A DNA stretch of 64,000 bases, from IMG/VR virus record IMGVR_UViG_3300045988_071280, one strand, 5' to 3'. Position numbers and translations under genes: made by a program. Below the pieces are notes generated by a model. That model was not told the DNA's origin, ran no database searches, and worked only from the letters and a program-made list of their open reading frames with translations. Within the stretch, counting starts at the first letter, position 1. Every line of letters starts with the position of its first letter. Below are positions 27,112 to 36,433 of this stretch, piece by piece. This DNA is from a virus.

Positions 27112-30100
27112 TTAAGAACATTTTGAAGTACTAAATAGATTTGTTACATTCCCTATATCTCCTAGAATCTCTCCGTTTCCAAACGCTTGATCCCATCCAA
27201 GATAAAGATTACAATCAGAAAATAATTTAGAAGTGTCTGGATTACAACAGAGGTTAAAAGTATCTTCGGCATTTGCATAAGTAGTTAATAAAACTGTCGC
27301 AGAATTTGTATGTGGACCATTAATTGCAGTATTCTCATTTTTTTCTGATTGAGGAAAATAAAATCCTTTATCTTTAATACTTAATCTACTTATTGGAATA
27401 AATTCATTACCTCTCTTATAACTTAAATAATTATTTGGAGTAATACTTATATAAGATGTATATGAAGCAGAGGTATTATATAATTTAGAATATGTTGATA
27501 GATCTGAACTAAATATATTAGATTTAAATATATATGAAATAGGTATATTAAAAGATCTAGTTATCTCCATTTGTGAATAGTCATTGTTTGTTACTGGAGT
27601 ATTTATAATCTTACCATTGGATTTAAGTGACTTTTTATAATTAGATACTAAATCATTTATAGAAGTTGAGAGGGGAGAATTATTAACATTTATATTAGAA
27701 TTATATACTGTATCTAAAGAAATTTCCCCTTCTATAATACTATCGAAATTAGAATGATATTCTACATTACTTGGTATATATTTATTATATGTAAGTTCAC
27801 CCGCTTCTACTTCTTCTTTATATAAATTATTAAAGAATTTAGCAATAGAACTATTTGTACTACTTGGAGATAAATTATTTTGAAATACTAAAGGAAGTAC
27901 TCCTATAGGATAATTAGAATTTGCTGTATTTTTGTATAGAATTAAATAAGAATAAGGTCTATTCATTCCTATTTCATCTCTTAACAATTTAATACAACTT
28001 GTGACACTTCCACCTTCATTTTCTCTTAATAAAGTTGGAGAATATTCTCCATTTTTTGGAGATTTAGTACCTCCAGCAAATCCTATAATAGCTATTTTAT
28101 AATCTTGATTATTATATTTAAATAAACTTTGTATTCTATTAAGTATTTTTGATGTTGCGGCAGATACATTATGTAGTCCACTTATTATTCCAGAGTCTGG
28201 AGCACTCATCCATGAATCTCTAACTGAGGTATCAACAAATATATTAATAGGATTAGCAATACATACCCAATCATCACCATTAAGATCATCAAAGTAAGGT
28301 ATTCCAAAAGAAATATTATTCCCATTAAAACCCATAATATTTAAGGAATCTACAGCTTTAACGTACTTTATTTTATCTCCTTTAATCTCTTTTTGAGATA
28401 CTAAGGAGTGTACTTCCCTATTTAAATCAACAACTATTGTAAGTTTTCTATTATCCTTATTTCCATTTATAGAAATATCTGTAGTTTTTTGTAAATTAAT
28501 TTCACTATTTGTGGGTAAAGTAGGAATATTATTATTTTCTTCTAGAGTAACTTTAGTAAATTTTGGAGTTGTAGATTTAATAGATATATCAATATCTCCA
28601 TACTGAAAAAGATTTATAGTATTTAAAAAATATTCTCCAGTAATTGTTTTTTCTGTACTAAGTACCGTTGAATATTCATCTCCGGGATTAGTATCTCTAA
28701 TTAGCTCTGATTCTGTTTTTGGTCCAGTTATATTTAATTGCTTATTTATAGATTCCTGAGTTTCAGATAAAGATAACTCTCCAGATAACCTTTTAGTTTC
28801 ATAATTTTCTATTGGAAGAGTACTAAAATCTCTATTATAATCTGTTATCGGTTTTGAATATTCATTATTGAACCATCCATTAGTTACTAATGTATAAATA
28901 GCATTATACTCCTTAAAACGATAATTAGTAGATAGATATCCATCCTGATATTTACCAGTAGTTCCATATATAGAATCAAAAGTTAACTGTTGTTCAGATT
29001 TTTCTTTATATATATCTAATCCACATAGTCTACATATATAAAAATTATTAAATCTTAGTTTATTATATATAGAACTATTTATATATTGTTCTTGTGTAAA
29101 ACAATTATTATAAAAATAAGATTTATTTTCTCCTAACTGTGGTTTAATAAATATACATTTAGGCATTCCGTTAGATTCTTCCAAACATAAATTTTTTAAT
29201 TCAGTAAGTCCTTCGGAATCATTATTTCTAACTTTAACAATCGCATCCAAATATTCACTTTGTTTAGTTCTATCTAATAATAGGAAATATCCAGAATAAC
29301 CTATATCAGTGTAATTAGATTTAGATATAAATATTTTATTAAATTCATTTATATTATCTCCACACAAATTATTAAAATATTGTTCTGGATTATCTAATTT
29401 ATTTCCATCTTGATTAAAATATGGTTCTGCCTTAAATTCCTTTGAGAAGCAATCTACTGTGAAATTATATGATCCAGAAATGATTTTAGATAATGGATAT
29501 ATAAAAGAAGTTTTTGCGTGTATATCATAAAATTCTATATACATCACATTACATCTATTTAATCCATTTTTAGTTCCTCTTACAAGAAAATCTGTACTAA
29601 TCTCTACTTGTTTAAATTCATTATTATTATAATCTTTTATACTATTAGTAGAATATCTCCAAGTAGTAGATTCTTGATCTCCTGTAAGTTTTGAATAAGA
29701 TAATTCTAAATTATAAGTTAAATCTTCAAAATATTGAAATCTAGAATATGGTTTTATAGTAATTGTTTTAATATTACTCGGATCTAAGTTTAAGAATTTT
29801 CCATTTATTGTTATATTCGAGTTTGGAATGTCTTCTTTCACATTAGATGATACATTTTTAGATGTATATTGTGATTCACTTATTTCTAAACAGTTTCCAT
29901 CAATTTCCGTATCCGATCCATTAGATATTGTTATATTCTCTAATCCCTCAAATTCTACTCCATATGTATTATTATAACTATTGGATATACTAGAAACAGA
30001 AAACTCTAGATCATAAGAATCATTATCATTTTCTATCACATTTCCAAGATCAACAGAAAAAGAATCTATATCCTCTATTTCAAGTACTATAGCTAAATAT

Positions 30101-30834
30101 CCGTTTAATTTATCATTATAGATGCTAAATAATCCAGGATTTTTTACAGTATTTAAATCGGGATTTCCGTTAAATGCTTCATCTTTAGTATAGAAAAATT
30201 TTTGATGATTAATATTAAATGCAGAAGTTTGTTCTTCTATATATGTAACCATTCCATTCTCACCTATTTTAGCTAGGTGCATATGATATAAACGTCTCTC
30301 TCCACTATTTTCTGTTATATAATAATTTAAATGTTCATAAGAATCTTTAAAGTTCTTATAATCATCGTTATTATTTAATCCTTCTATATAAATAAGAAAT
30401 TTATCTCCCGGACGAAGAATATTTTTTTCTAAATCTCCAAAATCTACTTTTAAATAATTTATACGTAATCCTCCGTTTGAATTTGATACATCTGAGGTTT
30501 TTATAGATACATCTAAATTATCAGGAAGCTCATCAGATGTAATATTTCTTTCTGGAGAAGGAAATGATCCAATCTCACACTCATTAGTAAAAGGATTAAC
30601 AGATGCTATATATATAATCCCTCCATACTGCTTTATCCCAAGAGGAATAAAATCTTTCTTTAACGCACAAGATTCAACTCTCCCATTTCCAGAATCATTC
30701 TGTAATATAAACTCATTACCATCGAAAGTAATCAATGTCCCATTTAAACAATCTGTTAATACTGTATTCGGAACTACAGTATCATTCATATCCATTAATA
30801 ATCCTCCATTAAAGGAGTTTTGAGCTATTTCCAT
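27112..30834 (-). CDS. large tail/virion structural protein, 1240 aa
   Basis: Uninterrupted 1240-aa ORF. Its stop is 1 nt from the next start. Composition is like the neighbouring 1628-aa ORF. Confidence 0.8.
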   Translation of the reverse strand: MEIAQNSFNGGLLMDMNDTVVPNTVLTDCLNGTLITFDGNEFILQNDSGNGRVESCALKKDFIPLGIKQYGGIIYIASVNPFTNECEIGSFPSPERNITSDELPDNLDVSIKTSDVSNSNGGLRINYLKVDFGDLEKNILRPGDKFLIYIEGLNNNDDYKNFKDSYEHLNYYITENSGERRLYHMHLAKIGENGMVTYIEEQTSAFNINHQKFFYTKDEAFNGNPDLNTVKNPGLFSIYNDKLNGYLAIVLEIEDIDSFSVDLGNVIENDNDSYDLEFSVSSISNSYNNTYGVEFEGLENITISNGSDTEIDGNCLEISESQYTSKNVSSNVKEDIPNSNITINGKFLNLDPSNIKTITIKPYSRFQYFEDLTYNLELSYSKLTGDQESTTWRYSTNSIKDYNNNEFKQVEISTDFLVRGTKNGLNRCNVMYIEFYDIHAKTSFIYPLSKIISGSYNFTVDCFSKEFKAEPYFNQDGNKLDNPEQYFNNLCGDNINEFNKIFISKSNYTDIGYSGYFLLLDRTKQSEYLDAIVKVRNNDSEGLTELKNLCLEESNGMPKCIFIKPQLGENKSYFYNNCFTQEQYINSSIYNKLRFNNFYICRLCGLDIYKEKSEQQLTFDSIYGTTGKYQDGYLSTNYRFKEYNAIYTLVTNGWFNNEYSKPITDYNRDFSTLPIENYETKRLSGELSLSETQESINKQLNITGPKTESELIRDTNPGDEYSTVLSTEKTITGEYFLNTINLFQYGDIDISIKSTTPKFTKVTLEENNNIPTLPTNSEINLQKTTDISINGNKDNRKLTIVVDLNREVHSLVSQKEIKGDKIKYVKAVDSLNIMGFNGNNISFGIPYFDDLNGDDWVCIANPINIFVDTSVRDSWMSAPDSGIISGLHNVSAATSKILNRIQSLFKYNNQDYKIAIIGFAGGTKSPKNGEYSPTLLRENEGGSVTSCIKLLRDEIGMNRPYSYLILYKNTANSNYPIGVLPLVFQNNLSPSSTNSSIAKFFNNLYKEEVEAGELTYNKYIPSNVEYHSNFDSIIEGEISLDTVYNSNINVNNSPLSTSINDLVSNYKKSLKSNGKIINTPVTNNDYSQMEITRSFNIPISYIFKSNIFSSDLSTYSKLYNTSASYTSYISITPNNYLSYKRGNEFIPISRLSIKDKGFYFPQSEKNENTAINGPHTNSATVLLTTYANAEDTFNLCCNPDTSKLFSDCNLYLGWDQAFGNGEILGDIGNVTNLFSTSKCS

Positions 30835-30835
30835 A

Positions 30836-31435
30836 TTAAAATTCCGTTAAATCTTCTCTAGTTATATTATCAATTTTAGTAAACTCATATCCATCAAAAG
30901 ATCTTTTCAAGAAATATTCCGCATCTTTAGTAGAATAATTCTCAAAAAATACCTTATATCCAGGAATTCCGTATAATTTAACTCTAAAGAAATGGTCATA
31001 ATTTAAATTAAGCAAGCACTCATCGAGCACTCTATATAAGCATACATCCCCAAAATTAAACGTAATATTTCTTTTATTTAAATAAATAGATTTAAACTTC
31101 TCCTCAGTTAATCCAAAATAACAATACCCCCACCATTTAGTTCTACGCTGTCTATATAAAAACCTCATCTTAGTAATCATCTTACTAATAGCATATCTAA
31201 TTTTATGAGCAATACTTTGAAATGTAACTCTTCCAATGAGAAATTTAAACATCTTACCATCTATTTTACTAGATAAATAAACATCACTATTATTAGATAT
31301 TACATAATATAAATATCTATTCCCATATTTAATAATAGTAGTTAAATCTTCTATACTAAATTCCGGAAATCTTTCTTGTAATATCGGGAGATAATCCTTT
31401 AAATACTTAATCTTATTAGCCATACTTATTACCAC
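30836..31435 (-). CDS. hypothetical protein, 199 aa
   Basis: ORF overlapping the upstream gene by 20 nt and ending 1 nt before the next ATG. Confidence 0.65.
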   Translation of the reverse strand: MVISMANKIKYLKDYLPILQERFPEFSIEDLTTIIKYGNRYLYYVISNNSDVYLSSKIDGKMFKFLIGRVTFQSIAHKIRYAISKMITKMRFLYRQRRTKWWGYCYFGLTEEKFKSIYLNKRNITFNFGDVCLYRVLDECLLNLNYDHFFRVKLYGIPGYKVFFENYSTKDAEYFLKRSFDGYEFTKIDNITREDLTEF

Positions 31436-31877
31436 TATTTACATTATCAAAAAATTCTTTAGTTAAGGAGTAATTTAACATTACTCCTCTAGTTAAAGTT
31501 CCTTTCTTACCTTTCTCATAGAATAATTTAATTTGTGGGTATTTATACTCAGAATCAAAATAATTATACATTGTATTTGTAGAAGTCTTTAGATGATTTA
31601 AAAGTTCTTCTCCTTTAAGTATTTCAATCCCTAAAATCATTCTTTTTCTGGTTGTAAATACGAAAGTAGTACTATTTCTGATAATATCCAATATTACTAA
31701 ATATAAAAAGTAAATATAAATCCTACAACACCATAATCGGAGTTCTGCACCATTTTTATAATTCTTTTTAAGCATTTTTCTAGATACCTCTAACTTCTTT
31801 AAATCGAATTTTTCAAATAATTCAGGTGCGGAGAATGTATAACTAAGAGAAGATATTGTTGTATTATTATATTTCAT
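31416..31877 (-). CDS. hypothetical protein, 153 aa
   Basis: ORF whose ATG overlaps the upstream stop by 1 nt (31877). Confidence 0.65.
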   Translation of the reverse strand: MKYNNTTISSLSYTFSAPELFEKFDLKKLEVSRKMLKKNYKNGAELRLWCCRIYIYFLYLVILDIIRNSTTFVFTTRKRMILGIEILKGEELLNHLKTSTNTMYNYFDSEYKYPQIKLFYEKGKKGTLTRGVMLNYSLTKEFFDNVNSGNKYG

Positions 31878-32566
31878 TACTTCTCTGGTTTAAATGATTT
31901 TCCGTAAGATTTTCTATCAAAGCTAGTCATTACATCTAAAATCCTATTCATATCGTTTTGAGATACTTTTTCCGGAACTCTAGCTCTTTCACATAACCTA
32001 GCCCATTCTAATTTTATATTCTGAGCCATTTGATATGTATTAGGATCTCTAGTTCTAATAGCTTGTTTATATAAATCTGTATAAGCACAATATGCTGCAA
32101 TTGCTTCGGCCTCTTTAGAATTTATATAAGGAAACCCTTCCTCGTCTAGAATTTGTTTCCTATATAAAACCAATACATTCTTATAATCCTTATCAAATAA
32201 TAAAGTATTTTCCCTCATTTGGTAATTTAATAATACTCCATAATCATATAATAAGGATTTATTATATTTCCAGTATTCTATATACCGTTCTATGTAATTA
32301 GTAATAACTTGAGGCCAACGTTGTTTGTTAGATGTTTTTTGAGAGTCTATAAAATTCCCAAACACTGCTTCGATACTAGTAACATCACATGGGAGTTCTA
32401 ATTCCCCGTTTACAACGTCTCCAACAAATTCCTTTATCTCAGTTTGTTTATTTCCTATCTTATCATATGCAATCATTCCTGAGGATTCAAATTCTAATTG
32501 GTCTATATTTAAACCATAATTAGTTTGAATATATGTATATGCTGTGTGGAAGTTTAAATTCTTCAT
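31877..32566 (-). CDS. hypothetical head/neck-module protein, 229 aa
   Basis: ORF in the head-to-tail part of the module. No motif recognised. Confidence 0.65.
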   Translation of the reverse strand: MKNLNFHTAYTYIQTNYGLNIDQLEFESSGMIAYDKIGNKQTEIKEFVGDVVNGELELPCDVTSIEAVFGNFIDSQKTSNKQRWPQVITNYIERYIEYWKYNKSLLYDYGVLLNYQMRENTLLFDKDYKNVLVLYRKQILDEEGFPYINSKEAEAIAAYCAYTDLYKQAIRTRDPNTYQMAQNIKLEWARLCERARVPEKVSQNDMNRILDVMTSFDRKSYGKSFKPEK

Positions 32567-32571
32567 ATATA

Positions 32572-33255
32572 TTAAGCTTTAGCTACTTGATCATTTGGTA
32601 GGTTAGGTGCACTAAGGCTACGGTACCATCGTACCTTCTTTTCTGTAATCCTTCTCTTAATATCATTAGTCAAGAAGTTCATATTAGATACTTCTTCCGC
32701 ATTACAGCAAGTAAATTGTTCTAATTGTCTAGGATCTTTAAATACGGCTATTATAGATAGTGTTTTAATCAACGGAGCATTAAATATATAACAATCATAC
32801 ATCCCATTTCCATTAGGTGCTGTATCTATATAAATATAAGGCTTTCTTCCTAACCACCTATTATATTTATGATACTGATAAGATATATCTGTATAAATTT
32901 TAAACGGAGTATTTCTATCAACAGTTCCAAAATACTGAATTGCATCAACTCCTAAATCTGTAACAATTTGAGGTATTTCTACATGAGGAATATTAGTCTC
33001 TCTAACATTTAAATTAGAATTACATAAATTACAATTCTCTATAGGTTTACAATCTACCTCTAAACAATTAATAGATGTAACTAAATCCTTAACTGGGAGA
33101 AGTCCTTTTAAAGCATATTCTTTTATTATAGTTAACCTCTCATCTATTATATCATCCTCTAACTGTTCAACGGATAAGGATATATTAGATGTAATACCTC
33201 TTAATCCTGATAAAATATCGTTTAAAATCGCAGAGGCTAATTTATTTAATTCCAT
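32572..33255 (-). CDS. hypothetical head/neck-module protein, 227 aa
   Basis: ORF following a strong hairpin. No motif recognised. Confidence 0.65.
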   Translation of the reverse strand: MELNKLASAILNDILSGLRGITSNISLSVEQLEDDIIDERLTIIKEYALKGLLPVKDLVTSINCLEVDCKPIENCNLCNSNLNVRETNIPHVEIPQIVTDLGVDAIQYFGTVDRNTPFKIYTDISYQYHKYNRWLGRKPYIYIDTAPNGNGMYDCYIFNAPLIKTLSIIAVFKDPRQLEQFTCCNAEEVSNMNFLTNDIKRRITEKKVRWYRSLSAPNLPNDQVAKA

Positions 33256-33270
33256 ATAGTATAATATTTA

Positions 33271-33309
33271 AAAAGGCAGATAAGAATATTATTATCTTAC
33301 CTGCCTTTT
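33271..33309 (-). terminator. intrinsic terminator after the 380-aa Ig-domain protein gene
   Basis: AAAAGGCAG / CTGCCTTTT outer stem with an inner TAAGA/TCTTA stem; the T run is part of the 3' arm on the minus strand. Confidence 0.6.
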
Positions 33310-33332
33310 ATTAAATAATATATTTTCTTATA

Positions 33333-34475
33333 TTAAGCGGTTACAGTTACATTAACAGTTAATACTGTATCTGATCCTTTTTTATAAGTTACAGCTACAG
33401 CAGAATCTGTAGTAGCTTTACCTGTAATTTCTATTCCTTTAACAGTTACTTTATTAGTATCAGCAGAAGCTACAGTATTATATTCAGAAAGCTTAATATC
33501 TACATATTTCGTCTCTCCTACTTTTAATGTCATAGTTTGAGTAGCTGACCCTCCAGCTTCATTATCAGAAGCAACTTCGATATCATCCACAACTACTCCA
33601 GCAGCTTTTACAGCAGTTTCAAAATTGTCTGAGATAGTAGTATTAATCCAGAAAACAGCTTTAGTAATAGATACTAATTTTTCACCTACAGCACCCATAC
33701 CAGTATGATCTCTTTCACATTCATAATCAAATACATATTGATTATAAGAAGCTCCCGGTACAATCTTAGAATCATCATTATCCTGATTAAAGATACCAGT
33801 TCTGAGACTAGTCTGGATCTGTACATTTTTCAACATAGTCCAGTAAGTACCAACACCTTCTTTAGCAATTTGAGTATGGCTACCAGTTAAGATAGTTCTG
33901 TATACTGGTTCTTTAGGATAATAATTACCTAAAGCAGCAGTACTAAAATCTTCTAATTTCTGTACTTCTAGTACATTAAATAACTGGAACTCATTAGCAG
34001 AAGTTACAGTAATTTTAGCACCATCAAGATCAGCTTTAAACCGAAGATTGTTATAGAAATTACCTTGTTTATTTATAATTTCAGCTAATTTTAAAGCAAT
34101 ATTAGCAGCAGTATCGGTATTAACTACATCTAAATTAGCATAAAACATTCTCCGACGCCTATCATCCATAGTTTCAGCAAAATATGAATCAGCAGATCCG
34201 GAAAGCTGCATACCAATAGCTAATCTAATATGATTTATTACACCAGCAGTTGTGGGTTTAACAGCATCAGTAATAGTAATTTCAGATACAGATACCTGAG
34301 GATTTGAAGCTGATGTCTTATATATCTTCCCACCTTTAATATTTGCAGTTTTATAATCTCCTACACGAAGAACCCTAAAACCTTGTTCACCACTTATCTG
34401 ATTATCGAACTTATTAAGTCCACTAAGCGAATCTTTCGCACTATTAATAATTACTTCATTTACAAATTCAAACAT
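33333..34475 (-). CDS. virion surface protein with C-terminal Ig-like (Big_2-like) domain; possible capsid decoration/auxiliary protein
   Basis: The C-terminal 70 aa (TMTLKVGETKYVDIKLSEYNTVASADTNKVTVKGIEITGKATTDSAVAVTYKKGSDTVLTVNVTV) look like a bacterial Ig-like domain. The gene is followed by a strong terminator, as expected for an abundant product. Confidence 0.45.
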   Translation of the reverse strand: MFEFVNEVIINSAKDSLSGLNKFDNQISGEQGFRVLRVGDYKTANIKGGKIYKTSASNPQVSVSEITITDAVKPTTAGVINHIRLAIGMQLSGSADSYFAETMDDRRRRMFYANLDVVNTDTAANIALKLAEIINKQGNFYNNLRFKADLDGAKITVTSANEFQLFNVLEVQKLEDFSTAALGNYYPKEPVYRTILTGSHTQIAKEGVGTYWTMLKNVQIQTSLRTGIFNQDNDDSKIVPGASYNQYVFDYECERDHTGMGAVGEKLVSITKAVFWINTTISDNFETAVKAAGVVVDDIEVASDNEAGGSATQTMTLKVGETKYVDIKLSEYNTVASADTNKVTVKGIEITGKATTDSAVAVTYKKGSDTVLTVNVTVTA

Positions 34476-34486
34476 GTTTTTAAATT

Positions 34487-35221
34487 TTATTTGTTAGGGG
34501 AAATTGGTGGAGCTATTGTTTGATTAACTATAGGATTAGTATTTAATCTAGGATCTCTATGTCTCTCTAAAAATAATTTCACCATAATATTTATTATCTC
34601 ATAACATACATATTTAGGAAACTCTAAATCCTCCAGAATATCATCTTCGCTCTCTAAATCATTTGGAGTTAGGATTAATTCATTTGGATATTTAATATAA
34701 TCTATAGATATATCTGAAATACTTATATCTTTATTATCTCCATAAAACAATTTCATAACAACAGGAGTTCCGGTTTTAATTTGTCCGGAATCATCGTTAT
34801 ATATATAATAATAAGGTGTTTTATATGAAGGTTTAAAATAATAATTATTTAATATTCCAGGATATTTATCAGATGTTAATCTTCTCGCTCCCTTTTTAAT
34901 TACTGAATTAGAATCACATTTAGAATTAGGATTATTAAATGTAATTACACAATTTTTAAGATGAAAATAATCGCTAGGTAGAGTAAATAATATCTTATCT
35001 CCTTTATCTATTATACTTCCTCCAGATAAAGTTGCTGTCATATTTAATACTCTAAGATCATCATCCTCTTGTTGATTCATATCACAAAAGTTATATTTAG
35101 TATTTATATACTGAATAACACTTTTATAATAATAATAATTAAACTCGTCTAAGAGCATACTGGGAGCTTTTTGTTTTTCTAATTCTATAAGTACTGCTTG
35201 ATAGACTTGTTTTAAATTCAT
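34487..35221 (-). CDS. hypothetical head-module protein, 244 aa
   Basis: ORF tightly spaced between the flanking structural genes. Confidence 0.65.
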   Translation of the reverse strand: MNLKQVYQAVLIELEKQKAPSMLLDEFNYYYYKSVIQYINTKYNFCDMNQQEDDDLRVLNMTATLSGGSIIDKGDKILFTLPSDYFHLKNCVITFNNPNSKCDSNSVIKKGARRLTSDKYPGILNNYYFKPSYKTPYYYIYNDDSGQIKTGTPVVMKLFYGDNKDISISDISIDYIKYPNELILTPNDLESEDDILEDLEFPKYVCYEIINIMVKLFLERHRDPRLNTNPIVNQTIAPPISPNK

Positions 35222-35229
35222 ATTATGTA

Positions 35230-36240
35230 TTATTTACTAGCTTTACTAGTAGGTTTACTTTTATTTTCTAATGAAGTTTTTTCAGCATCTTCTAAATCTT
35301 TTAATATTTCAGAATCGGATTTAGAATCATCCAAAAAACTTTGTGTTGAAGATACTTCATTCCGCGCTTTTAAATCCTCAATTCTTTTATTATCCTCAGA
35401 AATAGCTTCTATAATTACATCTTTATCTTTTACAGAGATTTCTTGAATCTCTCTTAAAATCCTATCAGTAATAAGTTTGTTCTTAGGATTCTTCATAAAA
35501 TCAATACAAGAATCTGCATCTCTACCTATAATATCGTTATCATTATAAGTATATAATCCAGCTTTCTGTCTCAAAATACCTTTTTGCTTAGCATATGTAA
35601 ATGCAATTAGATATTTAGTATCATTACTTTCAAATAAAGAAATAATCTTATCAGCATCTTTCTTAGCAATTTCTGTTAAGAATTCTTCTATTTCCTCATC
35701 ATAAGCATCTTTTATATATTTACCTAAAAGCATTGCTCTAATTCTTAAAGCATCTCTTGAGGCGTTGTAGATATAATTTAATGCTTTATTTAATTTCCTT
35801 GAGGCCGTATTACGTTTCTTAGTATCCTCAATAATGCGTTCTACATAATAAACTGCTTGAGGTCCGATTTTCTCCTCTGGTCCTACTAACATTTTACCAC
35901 TTTCATCAAATTTCCCTCTATTATCAAAAATAAGATCAGAGAATTTAATAGCTTCCCATTGTTTTGCTTTTATAGGATTACTCAAATCAAATTCATCTCC
36001 ATCTTTAATAAAGAATCTATCAGTAGTACGAACGAAGTAATCCAAAGGATTATCATCCTTACCTAAGATAATATTTCCGGATGAATCTACATTTCTAACA
36101 CAAGAAGGATATTCTCTTGTTAATGGATTTTTAACTGGGGAAATTGACATCCCAGCATGATTAGGACCAAAACGGCTACGTAAATGTATTACCGTATCTA
36201 ATTCTTCTTTTAAAGCAGTTACACTTATACTCATATTCAT
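35230..36240 (-). CDS. hypothetical head-module protein, 336 aa, acidic/basic C-terminal tail
   Basis: ORF immediately downstream of the capsid-gene terminator. Confidence 0.7.
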   Translation of the reverse strand: MNMSISVTALKEELDTVIHLRSRFGPNHAGMSISPVKNPLTREYPSCVRNVDSSGNIILGKDDNPLDYFVRTTDRFFIKDGDEFDLSNPIKAKQWEAIKFSDLIFDNRGKFDESGKMLVGPEEKIGPQAVYYVERIIEDTKKRNTASRKLNKALNYIYNASRDALRIRAMLLGKYIKDAYDEEIEEFLTEIAKKDADKIISLFESNDTKYLIAFTYAKQKGILRQKAGLYTYNDNDIIGRDADSCIDFMKNPKNKLITDRILREIQEISVKDKDVIIEAISEDNKRIEDLKARNEVSSTQSFLDDSKSDSEILKDLEDAEKTSLENKSKPTSKASK

Positions 36241-36267
36241 TGATCATTAAATGTTTAAATTTAAAAT

Positions 36268-36290
36268 AAAGAGGGTTGTTAGCCCTCTTT
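36268..36290 (-). terminator. intrinsic terminator after the capsid gene
   Basis: Minus strand reads AAAGAGGG-CTAACAA-CCCTCTTT followed by ATTTTAAATTT, starting 8 nt after the TAA at 36298-36300. Confidence 0.7.
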
Positions 36291-36297
36291 ATATTTA

Positions 36298-36433
36298 TTA
36301 TAGCGGATTCTGTCTAAAGATAACAGAACGATAGGGTGCGTATACTGATACCCCACTATAACCCCAGTAAATCATACGACTGCCAGCTACAGGAGTACTT
36401 GCAGTTCCGCCTGAGATACCATCTAATCCCCCA
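36298..36433 (-). CDS. capsid gene exon 5
   Basis: Not in the ORF track (no ATG). It reads (V)GGLDGISGGTASTPVAGSRMIYWGYSGVSVYAPYRSVIFRQNPL* and starts right after the intron-terminal G at 36434. Confidence 0.7.
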